From: Patellaria atrata CBS 101060
Lineage: Eukaryota
Length of the DNA: 38,114 nucleotides
Assembly (NCBI GenBank): GCA_010093705.1
Contig: MU006117.1
Location: 201,707-239,820, forward strand
Reading direction: 5' to 3'
Shown: positions 1 to 12,993 of the stretch, piece after piece
Numbering within the stretch: position 1 is the stretch's first letter
How the letters are laid out: each line of letters opens with the position of its first letter
Program-made: the position numbers and the translations under genes
The notes under the pieces: generated by a model
Database searches by the model: none
What the model was told of the DNA's origin: nothing
The model's input: the letters and a program-made list of their open reading frames with translations, nothing else

Positions 1-597
1 AACTGTGAACAGAGGAAAGCAAACCACGCCCATCTCAATCCCATCTCTTGATCCAATCTCTCCATCTCTTCCGAGCCTCATCTCAGAATCTGGGGAAGGC
101 CGGCAGCATCCTATGAACCGAATCTGGCAATCGTTAGCCGTCCCTTCCCCGGATCTCAAACCCCACCTTCTCAGTTAGATCGCGGGGAAGGGAACGAGAA
201 ATATCAACGCCCGCCCCGTCAGTGTAGAAGGAACTCCGAACTCCTTCAAGTAAAATACCGTTCTTGTAAGATAGAACTCGCTTCTCGTATAATTTTCTTA
301 TTAAGAAGAAAGATACAATGCGCCTAAGCGCCTGAGCGGCAACTAGAGCCGACATACCGGCTCACATGCGCGGTTGCGTAGAGCCCACCAGGCCCACCTT
401 ACTTACGGTATCATCGTACAGGCTGCAACCCACCTTGTACAGTATCTGAATCGCAAGAGACCCTACCTAGTTCTACCTACAGCGACGTCGCAGTATGTCG
501 ATCTCTCTCGCTGCCGGCCCATGTCGTAATAAACTGTCAAAACCCACCTACCTGGAGCGCCCGCACATGCAAATTGATGTAGACAGTAAAATCGTCG

Positions 598-631
598 CTG
601 TCGCTCTGTCGCTCTGTCGCTCTGTCGCTCT
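598..631. repeat. 8-bp tandem repeat (CTGTCGCT)x4
   Basis: Four perfect CTGTCGCT units at 598-629 plus a partial unit, read directly. Confidence 0.9.
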
Positions 632-2074
632 TTATGAACGGCGCCCAGAGATGTGCGAAGCCTGAAATGAGATCTTGTGCGATATATTTCGTCCAAGGCT
701 GAATTTCCAAGATCCCAAGCAATATTATCCATAGTCGCACAGTATGTATAGATACGTACTCAGTACCATAAGGCATACTGCTGCATCCTTATTACTATTT
801 TACTTCTTATTTTTCATCTTTTATTTTTCATTTTCTTTTTTCGCGCCTGAACAGCGGTGAAATGCTTTGCCGACTTATCGCCCTTATTTATCCTATCCGA
901 CAACGTACCGTAAGATGAGAAGCTAAGACTGGTATATGTACTATAGTCGGATGGGGAGGCCGTCCACGGAAAATAAGCCAACGGTCCCTTGGGTGCTGGT
1001 CACCAGTTGGAGTGTGGGGAGGGGAGGACGAGGGAAGACGAGGGTGAGGTGAGGTCACTTCCGGGTAGTTGCGGGACCTGAAGCTCCACTCTGAGTGACT
1101 GACGTTTTCGGCCGAAGGAAAAAGAACCAGGAAATAAATAACAACCACGGGATTACTTGGTGCTATGTATGATATTATGGATAACGATATACAGCTGGTA
1201 ATAATATACTGCAAAAGTCTCATAAGCTCTAAGATCAAGATGTTATGTTTAAGGCGAAGATGATATTCGACCTCGAATCCTTTTCCGGTCGTCCATGCGA
1301 TGCTGCGTGAGGTAATAGATCGAAATGATTGGACCGAGCGTTAGATGAAAAATCACGCACACAAGCCGTTGCACATCACCGACGGCATGGGAACGGAACT
1401 AAAAACTGCCTTGTTGGAGGAATAATAATAATGATGATAATAATAAGTCGCAAGCTATCTTTTCGCATGTGCTCGGTTGGATGGACACGATAGGTAAAAA
1501 GGAGACTAGAAGAATATTCTTGAGGACAAGACAATTAGAACTGGACAAGAGCCACCCAGATTCTCGATCTCGCTACCCTAGCGAGAGAGACCCAAGAACC
1601 TACTAAATAAGAAAAGCCTTTGCAAAAGTCGCAATTTGGGGCAGACCCAGAACGCCTTTCACATTCGTGCCGCACTGGAGCGAATGCAAATTGATAACAG
1701 CCCCGACCATAAGTCCTAGGAAATAATAATAGGGTGGCCGTGAAGAAATATGTACGGGAGACAATAGGAAAGATACTCTGTACAATCCAGCAGTCGACCG
1801 TAGACGACAGCGTGCAACATAAAACTCATGCACGATAGAAAGGACCCTTTACTGAAAGAAGTAGGAGAACCCGCCTAAGATGCAGAGGGGAAAAAGAGGT
1901 GACGTAGACACGATGACCGCTCCACCTGTTCGTGAGAAGGAAATCAGACTCGAGAAAGTGATCCACCCTTGCAGATTAAAAATAAGGTATACTGTAGCGC
2001 GAAAAAAATGTCGTGTCGTATCTTCGTATTCAAGTGTCAGTACCATCCATAGCCAAATGTCGAGAGTGATATAA

Positions 2075-4238
2075 TCAGTACCAACCGTGGCCCATGTCGA
2101 AGCGATGTTGAAGGGCCTTTGGTGTTTTGTGATCCCGTGGAGGAACATGATTGTGTTTCTTCGTGATGCACATCTTCTTGACCTCTCGAGTACACGCCTT
2201 TCCTGCTGCATTGATCGTGACATTAGGATCTTCGCAGCTCTCCGGGGTGCAGACTTCAATAACCTTGACGGTAGGTGTCATCAAGGCTCCGCGAATGCTG
2301 ATGCGCTTCTCCGGATCAGGATGTAACATCTTGAACATCAACCGCTTAAGACCCGGGTGCTCTAGACGCACGAAGAGCGGTCCACATTTTGGACTGCCGT
2401 CAACTTCGTCTTTGATGACGCCGTCCGGATGCTTCTCTAGCCACTCGTCCCAACCTTGCTTGAATACAGCGTACTGCTTGTGCTCAGCCTTCGCTGCTTG
2501 CCATGGATTACCTCCGTAGGTCATGGTCAAGAAGGCGATAGCACAGGACCAGACGTCCAAAGGACGAGGATCGTAATCGCCTGCGAAATTTATTAGTCTT
2601 AGATAACCACTATTTGGAACTATGCTCACCTTTCTTCTCTAATACCTCAGGCGCAATATACGGGAGGCTACCACAGATGCCAGGGGCGCAACGTCTGACC
2701 TCGCCCATGTTGACCCCGCATTGACCACCTGAGGTTCTAAGGCCGGGATGAGCGCCAGAGAAGACCTCTGAAACGCCAAAGTCTGTTATCTTAAGATGCC
2801 CTTCAGCAGACAATAGCAGGTTTTCTAACTTGATATCGCGATGTGCAATGCCGTGAGAGTGGAGGTAATCTACTCCACGAAGGAGCTGCTTGAATAAGCA
2901 TAAGCGGTCCTCGAGTTTGTAGTGAGTCTGAAATAGTCCCTTGTTAACAAGAGAAAATATCTCTCCGTATGGACAATAATCCATCACGTGGTTCCATACT
3001 TTGCCATTCTTAGAAACGCACAGGCGGACGGTTTCGACGATATTCGGATGGTGAAGACTTTTGGCGATGGTATACTCCGATTTAACCTTCTTGGTATATT
3101 CGTCTTCGTCTTCATGCTTTTCCATTGGGCGGAACTCTTTGACTGCGTATAGTTCATCTGCTGGTCCTCCTTTACGAGCCATAATCTTGACAAGCGCAGT
3201 TGCACCAGACCCGATGATCTTCGGCTTCATCCTTGCCAGGCCACTATTCTTGAACTCGTTGTCCAACTCACAGTAATCCACGGTGTAATCGTCAGGTAGA
3301 CTCAAGCTCAACCTTCTCGCTTTCATACCGGCACCCTCAGCGGCAGCCCTGGAAAAGGTCCCGACCATACCGATAGTAGGATCGTCCGGAGCTCGTACAG
3401 GCCTATCTTTCTGAATATATTCAGTACTTGCAGAACGTCGTCGTTGAGGCCTGGGTGGTGCTGGATGATCATTGTTGTGCCCACTCCAGGTGATACCATG
3501 TCTAGGTTTCATGGTCATTTTGCTTAATGTTGAAGAGGACTGCGAATGCCTGTGAGTGATCTCTGGTGCGACGGGCATATTTTCAGCATTACGATCAGTA
3601 GTTATAGTACTCGAGGGAGAGCTTGGCGAGGGTGGGGAGTTAGACTGAGAAGTGGCCGCCGATGTCCGTCCGGACAAGGAGAAAGAACTGAGCCTCCGAG
3701 TCTTTGGGTGCGCTGCAGATTGAGCTTGGTTTGGCGGTGCTGACGTAGGCACATTTGTATCAAGGGTTATGTTATCCTTGTCGTTTGGCAAACTCTTATT
3801 TGAATCTGACCTGTGGAAATGATGCCTCACGAATGATCCAACTCTTTTTCCAAAAGATGGTTTCCCAGGCGTATTTCCTGTATTCCCTGTATTCGAGGGT
3901 TGTCGGGAAAGAGCTGGCTGCTTGGTCGGCTTAGCCTGCACATGAATCACCTTTGCATCTGTGACTGCATGAGCCATGTTGATACCGTTATCCTTCTCCA
4001 ATTGGCCTTCGTCGTGATCGTGATGGTGGAAATCATGGCTATGACTATCGCTGGTGGGAGTAAGCGGTTCTTGAGGTTCGCTCGCAGTCTCATTGCTTTC
4101 GTCTTCTTCTGGAATCGGGTATTGAAGGTTCTGGACGCGAGCCTCCTCTTGGGAAGCAGTGCGCTGCGAAGAGTAATTTGACGAGTCGATCGCTATTCTG
4201 TCGAGAGATGGTGTCGACTCAACGCGTGTGGAAGACAT
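2075..4238 (-). CDS. NPR/HAL-family (Hrk1/Ptk2/Oca2-like) Ser/Thr protein kinase, ~704 aa; exons 4238-2630 and 2580-2075
   Basis: Kinase motifs IGSGATALVK, YAVKEF, HRDIKLEN, DFG, GSLPYIAPE, DVWS. The AVKEFR...EYTKKVKSEY..LHHPNIVET pattern is typical of HAL kinases, and the N-terminus is long and S/T/P-rich. A 49-nt intron at 2629-2581 (GTGAGC...CTAAT...GCAG) joins EKKG to DYDPRPLDVWS in frame; spliced length 2115 nt. Confidence 0.93.
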
Positions 4239-5643
4239 CGTGGGACTTGGCGCTGATGGGTAGTTAATATCGATCTGCGAAAAGTTGTGCTACGCTGTTG
4301 TCGTCGGAACGCAGGGGTTTTCGTGCTAGGGTAACTTTCGATTTTCGCCTATAGGACTATTTGTATTATATTGGGGTTGGTGACAGACTCCTCCTTGGTG
4401 ATATTAAATTGCTATGCTCTCTGGAGGTGACTCGGTCTGTGAAAATCGGAAGCAGATGTGAGCCAGGAAAATTGTGCTCGCGGATAGGTATAGATGTGAA
4501 GGTTGAAGATGTTGAGGGATTGCGCCATGCGATGATGCGAGAACCAGTTCTTAAAAGAAAAGGTGAGCGAGCATGCAACACTTATGCTGGATGAAGATCT
4601 TTTATTATGTCGATTGATGTTGAAGTACTTATGGGTGCGTTATTGGCGCTTGTTGGGAGTGGAGGGGTTTGATGAGAGTTGGTGTGTGCGCTGCTTGCTT
4701 TTTTCTGACTGACCGTTTTAGGGATTGGTACCGACAGGAGCGAAGATGAATCAAGTGATGGGGGCAAAGTTTAAAAGGAATGGACCCGGCCTAGGTGCAG
4801 CACCCTATATGTGCCTATGATGAGACGATATATAACTCCGTAGACGACAAGAGGGTGGGAAAAGTACCAGATGGGAGGGTTGGAGAAGCGTGGGTGGCTT
4901 AAATGCTTCTTATACGTTATTCCACTGCCACTAGTTTCGATCGGTAGTCAAAACAGCAAGGCTTTGAATAATCGCTTCGGTTTCTTTGTTAGAGAACGAA
5001 CAGGGCAGTGTTCGCCGGTCGCTGAGGCCAAAATTAAGGTACTAAAAAGTGGGTGGGAGGGTATGGTACTGTAACTGTACAGTACAGTTACAAAGTACAA
5101 GAGATCTCGGAACTGCTTATTTATGAGATAAGCAATAAACAAGGTGCGGAATATATGTAACAGTGAGACGAGAGGTCGATCATTGATTCATTAAATGATT
5201 TCAGAAGAATTCAAGAATCAAAGATATCATCAATTCAACCGGATAGTCGAGCGGGTGCCGCGGCGGCGTAGCACGGGTTTATTATGCTTTCTCGTGGATC
5301 CAGGTCTTACACCTTACTCATTACTACTCTAGCAGCTACAGTTCACCCCAACATTCATCAACCCAGTAGTGAGGCTTTTGGTCTCGGTAACAACATGGGC
5401 TGGTTCGCACTTACCTTACTGCGCGAATTCGCGAATTTCCTCCTGCAGAAATTGGTAGTGGTGGTGGTGGTGCAGTTGTGCAGATGATCGTGCCTAGGAA
5501 GGCAGGCGTCCCTAGTGCATGAAGGGAATGCTTTTCAAGCCCTTGGATCGAGAGAATCGCCTGGAGCTGCTTTCAGACTCGTCTAGCTGCTCATTCTGCA
5601 TCTCCTACACCAGCATACGCAGGTTACAACTCCTTGAACGGCC

Positions 5644-7783
5644 CTTGGCCCGGTCAGCGCTGCAAAACCGAAAAGTTCTTTTTCATCCAATTCCGGCCAC
5701 TCTTGGGTGCGCGTTTAGGGTTACATACAAAACGATACGAACGGCGGACGAAGTTCTCTCTTGGCTACCTCGTTATACTCGAAACCTGCCAATCTCTACG
5801 TCCGGGCCTCCCGATGACGACAGTCAGCTATCGTACCGAACAGATACGTACCTGCTGGGCGGCTTTCAGCCTTGTTACGAAGGGGTCCTCTCCTTTAGTT
5901 CACGCCTTTCTCTCTTGTTTCAGATCCTTTTCCTTCTCACCGCGAGAATGACAACAATGCCAGGGCGGAGGAGAGTCATCGCTCAAGACTTTCAAGTTCT
6001 ACTCGTGATACCTCAAGATTCTCCCTCAGTACAAAACATGTCATCCAAGGTTGGACGCGATGCAAGGTGCTGAACGCAAAAGCTATATTACATACCCCAA
6101 CAGAACAGATACTCCGTTGAAGGCGTATGCATCTATGTCGGCGTACGACGGCTGAAAAATCTGGGCCACTCATGCCGGTGTGCGGCATATTCAGTCTTTA
6201 GACTTCATCCTCCAATTGCCTACACCTTTCATTTCAATACTCTGTCACTCTACGTTGACTGCAATATGACCCTTCCGTCTCGAGATTGCTAATATCAGTC
6301 TCCTTTAGTTTTCTCAATTGACCCAAGACTAATTGATAAAGGGCGCTTCATTCTCCAAGAATGGCCAAGTCTGTATCGAAATGCTTATTTCCATCTCCCT
6401 GGGCCGTCACCGTTTTCTACCGCGATATCCGATAAGAACGCCACTGATGAGATAGAGTGTGGGGGTGGAGAGTCTTACTGTTTTCTCATTCGTCAAGTAG
6501 TTTGATGCCCTCAGCTGTTAGAATCCTTTGCGAACTGCTTGTCTTTATCCTGTTGGAAGATGACTGCAAGCCAGCAAGCAAGCCAGCAAGCGACGGTTGT
6601 CGTCAAAATAGGGGGCTCTTAGTAAGTATACATATTACTGACGTTACTAATAATGATTCGAACAGATTACGATGAGATTGAAATTGAAACGTTACAACGA
6701 TTGACCCACACCCTCATCATGTTCCACCCCGCTTACTTGGCTCATTACCGACTGATGCCAGATGCCAAATGGAGAAGGACCAGATTTGGAGTATGGCAAC
6801 GTTAACATTCTCATGTTAGTAACGTGTAAATAACTCCCGTCATCCCTTCATAAAGAGCAGAATCAAATTTCGTGTAACAATCTGACAGACTTTTTCACAC
6901 AATTCCCAAGAGCCTGAAAAGGAACCCAAAAACTAATCACATCCAACCCCCACGATAGGCTGCAAAGAGATTCAAACCCCGCAACAGGTTCTTGGTTCAT
7001 CTCCGCCAGGAATGCTAAGAGCTGCGCGCACTAATTTGTACTATTCTTGGCCCCTACACAACTATTTCCTCCGATTCTGGGGCCGTCCTTGGAAAACTTG
7101 GAAAATACTTGGCCGTAGTACAGAATACTACATTCCGTGAGTCCGAATCTGTTTAAGATATTGTACAGCAATGTATTATGGTTTTCGTTGATGCGCTCTG
7201 TCATACTCAGGAAACCGAATGTGCAAAAATGAACTTCTCGTACAGGAAATATCACGGTGCCAGTTTGGTGTGCCTACAAAGCTGCATTGAAACAAGGGTT
7301 CCCCGCGGGCTTACTCCTCTTAGCATGAGACCTTTTCGATTTTCGGATCCAATCTCACCGCAACATCACGTAGGATACCCAATCCCTCAGTCACCAATTA
7401 AGCCAAACATTGATCCTCACTAACTTTGAATTTCTCATGTAAAGTTCCCACAGATTGCTTGATGACCACCTGCATTATGTTCAAGCTTTGTCCTTCCAAC
7501 AGGTTTGCCAGCGCGCGGGTACAGGTACTGTACAATACGAGCCTTGCAACCTCCAGTAAGGAACTCTGGAAGTCAGGACAAGTCTGGGGAAGCAGTGAAG
7601 GCACAGTCCGTGCATCGACGCCTCCTTGGCCTGGGGTTGAAGCTTTGATGTTAAGCACTTTGAGGCAGATCAGATTTCGCAATGCCCATCCCAATCCCGC
7701 AAGGGTTTTGAGGGTTGCTCCCTCCCGTCAAAAGCAAACATCTAGAGGTTATTGTTCGCCGCCACAGACTGGCCTGGCCTGGC
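5644..7783. promoter_or_regulatory. Cluster of 11 PacC/Rim101-consensus sites (GCCARG, either strand) upstream of the kinase
   Basis: Sites start at 5644, 5760, 5959, 6364, 6736, 7005, 7046, 7108, 7625, 7773 and 7778 (last two overlap). The motifs are seen directly; function is inferred. Confidence 0.5.
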
Positions 7784-10700
7784 AGAATTTTCTTTCCCAC
7801 CAGTAAGGCGACATCGGATGCCATGCGGCTTGAAAAATGTTTCAATTGTTCTTCTCCAACCTCTACCGTACTTTGTCACTCAGCACACGACACTGGCTCG
7901 CGTGGTCTCATACTTCTTTCGAAGCGAAATATGTGGAGTCCTGTGCTGCATCCGTACGTTGTTTCATACGCTGATATTACAGGGGCCTGAAAGTGGAGAA
8001 ATTCGACGTGGACGTACAGTACCACAGACAATTTGGAGACGCATCCTGAACAAAGAAATAGAGTCTCAGCACAGCGGCGTATATTGTATAGTACAGATGC
8101 AAGTTCTGTTGCTGTTAGGCTCAATTGATGGCAGATCTTCAAAGAGTGATATGAACACTACAAAATTGAGCTTTATGGATAGAATCCGGGAACAATCACT
8201 TCGACCCAGAGTACCAACAAGGGAGCAGTTTCCACCATTGAGATGTACAGAAATCTGCTGAAGAACTTTCCCGTGGCTGCCTCTATTACCGCAGAAGTAC
8301 TCCGTACAGAGCCTTCTGAATCTGAAGTGTATACTTTCTTTTGCATACCGTACTCCCATAGTCAAGAAAATAGCTGCAAGTGTGCAACTCTATTCCGTAC
8401 CAGGACCGGAGGATGGTTGAAAGTGGATCTTGTACACGTCCAGTTTCAAACGATAATTGGGATGTGCTCCTGGTTCATAGAACTAAGGTAGGCCTTACTT
8501 TTACAGAGCATGAATGCCGGAATTACACAAAGGTTTAACTCTCATCTCGGTCCTTCCAGTTATATCCGCTAGAACTAGTTCTAGAAGATGGTGGGATCAA
8601 AGCGAGAAAAAAAAAAAAAATTTGCCTCTACTATGAAGTAGAACTTCTATCGTCGTATTACTCAAAATTCTTACTACCACCTCCACGCTCTTTTACAAAC
8701 CCACGTTGGGTAAGTGCGCGTCTGCAGCAAAGGGTACCCAGATTGCTGGGACCGCTGACAAACTGCATCTTCAGGTCATAATACATGTTTACCTTCATCC
8801 CGATATTTACCGATAACGTTCAAGTGTGTCTCAAATCATTCTCTATTTCAAACCAGCTTTTGGTGTTACGGGGAATAAGACGAAGAAAAAAGCACAGCTA
8901 AGGAAACAATATTGACTTTCTGATACGATGCGACGACCGGATGCGACTGCCTAATTTAAGGGTTATAGGGACGAGCTAATTGCCGTTCAAGTAGATCTAC
9001 TGCTGAGTTCTGCTAAGAAGTCTTGACGCATATAGGATATAGCAACAATCAAGCTGCAGAAAACGATCAGCTCGGGACATCGCGCCGACAAGAGGAAGCC
9101 CTTGAGGCCCAACTCTAATTCCTATAAGAGTTTCTTTTGCAACACGTGCATACATTTACCCCAGCTCCAGTCGTTCCGTTCCAACCCGAAGGCCCGAATC
9201 CGTGAAGCTGGCTGAATCCTACAACGCCATCCGCAAGCTTATCATCGACGGGAACATCTTTATCCCCCCTCATAACACCATTATTATTTCTCTAAGGCCG
9301 TCACTTTCCGTCCATCAAACACCAACGTATCTCAGAGGTCCTCCTACTCTTACGCTAGATCGTCACTTGGATGTCGCGATAGCATGTTAATGGATAAATG
9401 CGCTTTTGCCGCTGATGGACCTATCTTTCTGTACAACTATCGTGGACTTCCTTTATAGGAAGAATCTCATTTTAGCAAGTCGATGTCGTTATCAAGTTCT
9501 CGTCCGGCTGTACTTTCTTACTCGAGAGCACAGATAACGCACCTTCGCAACCTTGACATCGCTACACGCGGGTTATTGTTCACCATCCGCTCGTCTCTGT
9601 ACCTGCATGTCTTACATTTAAACACCTCAAACTAATATTGTAGCCTCTTTCTACTATCTTACTACTAAGCTTACATTTCAAAAAGTAGCGCACTTCGGCC
9701 GTGCGATATCAGGGTTCTCATCACCATGACAACAGAATCTTGAATCAACACGTCCATATAAGATTTTCAGGCCCTCGCAATTCATGAGATCCACACGTCG
9801 ATCACTCATATGAAGGAATCCCATCAAGACCCTGAAATGCGCGCGCACCCCAGACGGGACGCCTCGAAGACTTTGATCCTCACAACCGCGCCGTTTCGTC
9901 CGAACTGGTGTTCGGCGGAATTTCTTGGCATAGATCGTTGAGATTGAAGGAATATAGGAGCATTGCATGATCCCGCGGGATCTGAGTGTGAAGCCAATAT
10001 CTTGGTGTCTGTAGGTTTACTGCGGTCGGGGAAGCGGGTATAGGTTGCGTGCATATAGGTAGGTAGGTTTTTTGAGCTTATCTGGAGTCATAGCGTAGAT
10101 GTGGTTTAGAGATAACTGTAATATCATTTCATTGCAGTATCGAGTATTGTTTGTTTATTATACAGTCACACTTATGGCAGAGAGTATCCCCTGCTTTGTG
10201 GAAGTGGATCACGACTCACCGCCCCAGAATTCTTCCTTACTAGCAGTTTTTTTTCTCGTCTTCTAGGTAATGATGCACATGCTCGAGAGAAAGGTAGTCA
10301 ATTAGAGCCTTTTCAATTATCGTATATCTCAATCTATAGAGCTATAAGAATTTCTCTCCTACCTCATAAACCGCAAACACGATTTCTGGACGCATAATAT
10401 CTCCAGTAATTACACTTCCATCTAGATTCTTAGATTCTTCCTCTTCCGACCCCACTTCCTTAGGCCCTCACATATGTTCCCTTTATTAAGCGCTCAGAGT
10501 AGAGGAATTCCCTAGAAACGGACTCTCAAGACTCTTTCCAGGATATCATGATTCTCAGCTCTAACCCTGAGAATCTACGCTTGAGATATGACTATATCTT
10601 TCCAACTCTTTGTGGGATATGGGTAGCATATTCCTCATTTCTACTGCTAAGGTCTAAAATCTGATCGAAATCACGTCGAAATCACACCACAGCCACCCTG

Positions 10701-12993
10701 TTCCCTACTCCCGGAATGGGTAGAATAAGAGATGTGACCGAACGCATTACTTTCCTAGCCAAACGGCAGCGGAGCGGAGACAGACCGATAGCGAAACTAA
10801 CCAGGTGTGCGGGCAGATATTATAGCATAAGCATGTAATCATTTCTCCCCATCCGGTGAGTACGGTACAGTATCTACTCTTCTGTCCAAGACTACCCTAG
10901 TCGAGTCGTTATACTATAAGTGACATACCTGGCGTTCCACATTCTCCTTTGCTTTGTTATCACGTCGTCATACAGATCACTTATCTTGGATGTGCGAGTC
11001 TGGGTATGTCTTCATGTTGATTGTTCGTTGTATGTCCCTCTTCCGTCACGGCACAAAATGTTATCTTACCTGTGCTCCCCTGACTTTATTTCCGTTGTGA
11101 CGAAGCTATTCACGTGTCTTGCGTACGTGCCGGTGTGTGGACCGTACTGTACAGTACTATACCCAGTCTCATCAGACGTACTGTCTACACTCGATGAGGA
11201 TGGGGATAGCAGTCACCTTCCCCCGACGCCCGGTGGTGGTGGCCCGAAGGCTGTACTGTACCATTCCCTGTTCTATACCAGGTAGAGGGATGAAATTGTA
11301 GGGGCGAGAGTTTTTTTTTTTGGTTACTTTTGTAGAGTACCGTAAGCACGACCTTATAGCAAGATCCATTTCCCTGGGAGGACCATTCTTTTCAATACCT
11401 ATTTCGTACGGGACTAATGCTCCAATCCGCCCGAACAGAGGACTCCTTCCACAGTACGGTACAGTACACCCCCGTTTACGCTCGGATACGGCAGGGTGTT
11501 ATACTTGTACTTTTACTTCACGCGTGGTCTGGTACCACAATCACATCATGCATATCGGACTCTGGCCCGGGTCTGGGGGTTTGATATACGGATGATAAAT
11601 TGTATTATGCGAATTCCCCCTTGCCTTCCCAGCATGTATAGTACCACAGATGAAAATCTTGTAGACTGTGGGAAGTGTCTCGCTCCAGGACACCAATTTC
11701 CACTTACTTCACCACTCTCTACCGTTGTGGACTTGACTCCTCATCTTCATCCCCTACTACCCTATCAACACCCATCGCTTACACACCTCATACCTTCAAA
11801 CCTCGTTTCCCGCTCTTCCCAGCCCATCCCAATTGCATTTCCATGTTGTAAATTTTCAATCCACACATTCTAGTTTCAGTATCTACCTTTATCCGCTTTT
11901 CTTTTGCGCTTTTTCCCTTTTGGGGTTGGGAGTTATGGTCCCTACAGATACTTATATATATGGGCCTATTCTATACCTTTGAAATGGAAACTCGAGGAAA
12001 CGTGACTGGGCGTCACATAACCCAACATCACAGGCACCTTCCCCACTGTCTGGTTTGGAGGGAAGAGAGAGGGAGAGGGCGTTGTATATATAGCCCAATA
12101 TAGTCCAGCACAGTACAGTCTAGCATAGCACCCATTATGGGCAGTCTCAGCAAACGTAAGGTGCGGTAAAGCATATCGGCTGATTAGAGTTGTAAAACCC
12201 CGGGGATGGGTGAATTGAATTGAGTTTGAACCGAATCGAATCGCACACGATCAAGTCCTTTACTGACTCTAGTCGACTAAAGCTAAGGGAACGGATTTGG
12301 GTGTGACTGGTTCGGGGCGCCACGTTCACTATCTGTCTACTTTTGTCTATCCACTCCTACTTTGCAAAAGGGGGTCGGGGTGGAAGCGATTCACAGATAA
12401 GTCAATACACCAACGAGACACAACGAGAGCTCTAAGCATTGTATATACCACAGCTCAAAAATTAGTATTAATCTCATCATGCCCTCATTAGCGGCGCCAT
12501 ATGTAAAATCTACTACCACCAGGCCTGTGGCGGCCAACCACCCTCGACTCTACCGCACCGTTCCCTCCCAATCGTTCCTCCCTGATGCAGTTGCTGAAAT
12601 AATAGAAACACTGACGAATAATACTATGCTCCTTCGTGGCCCACTATACTCTACTACGATAGCAAAAAAATGATAACAATAATGATAATGATGATGATGA
12701 TGGATGAAAAAGGAGTAAGATGAAATCAGTCTAGCCGTTCCAAAACACGTACATATATCCTCAATGCTAAGGACGCGCTAAAAGACACAACAACAATGCA
12801 AGAAGAACTGAACAAATCTCGCCAAGACGCAATGAAAGGTGTAGTGGGCCGAGGATATCGGAGACAACAAGGGAATAGATATACTTGAAGAAAAGCAAAG
12901 AGAGAAGAGATGTGGATGAAATATATACCAAGAAAGAAAAACTCCCAAAAGGAAACCAAGTTCTTGCTTCAGGGGGCTGGCTCAAAACCACTT

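Noticed and set aside
134..1833. Short minus-strand ORFs at the left end (73-116 aa)
   Set aside because: No recognisable domain or splice logic; one gains its apparent repeat from the 8-bp microsatellite. Treated as intergenic/UTR.
5422..5433. Perfect palindrome CGCGAATTCGCG; also CTAGAACTAGTTCTAG at 8569-8584 and GATCCCGCGGGATC at 9969-9982
   Set aside because: Isolated 12-16 bp palindromes are expected occasionally in 38 kb and have no supporting context.
5519..8491. Plus-strand ORFs of 184, 126 and 169 aa in the kinase upstream region
   Set aside because: Non-protein-like composition, mutual overlaps on both strands, several non-ATG starts and no motifs.
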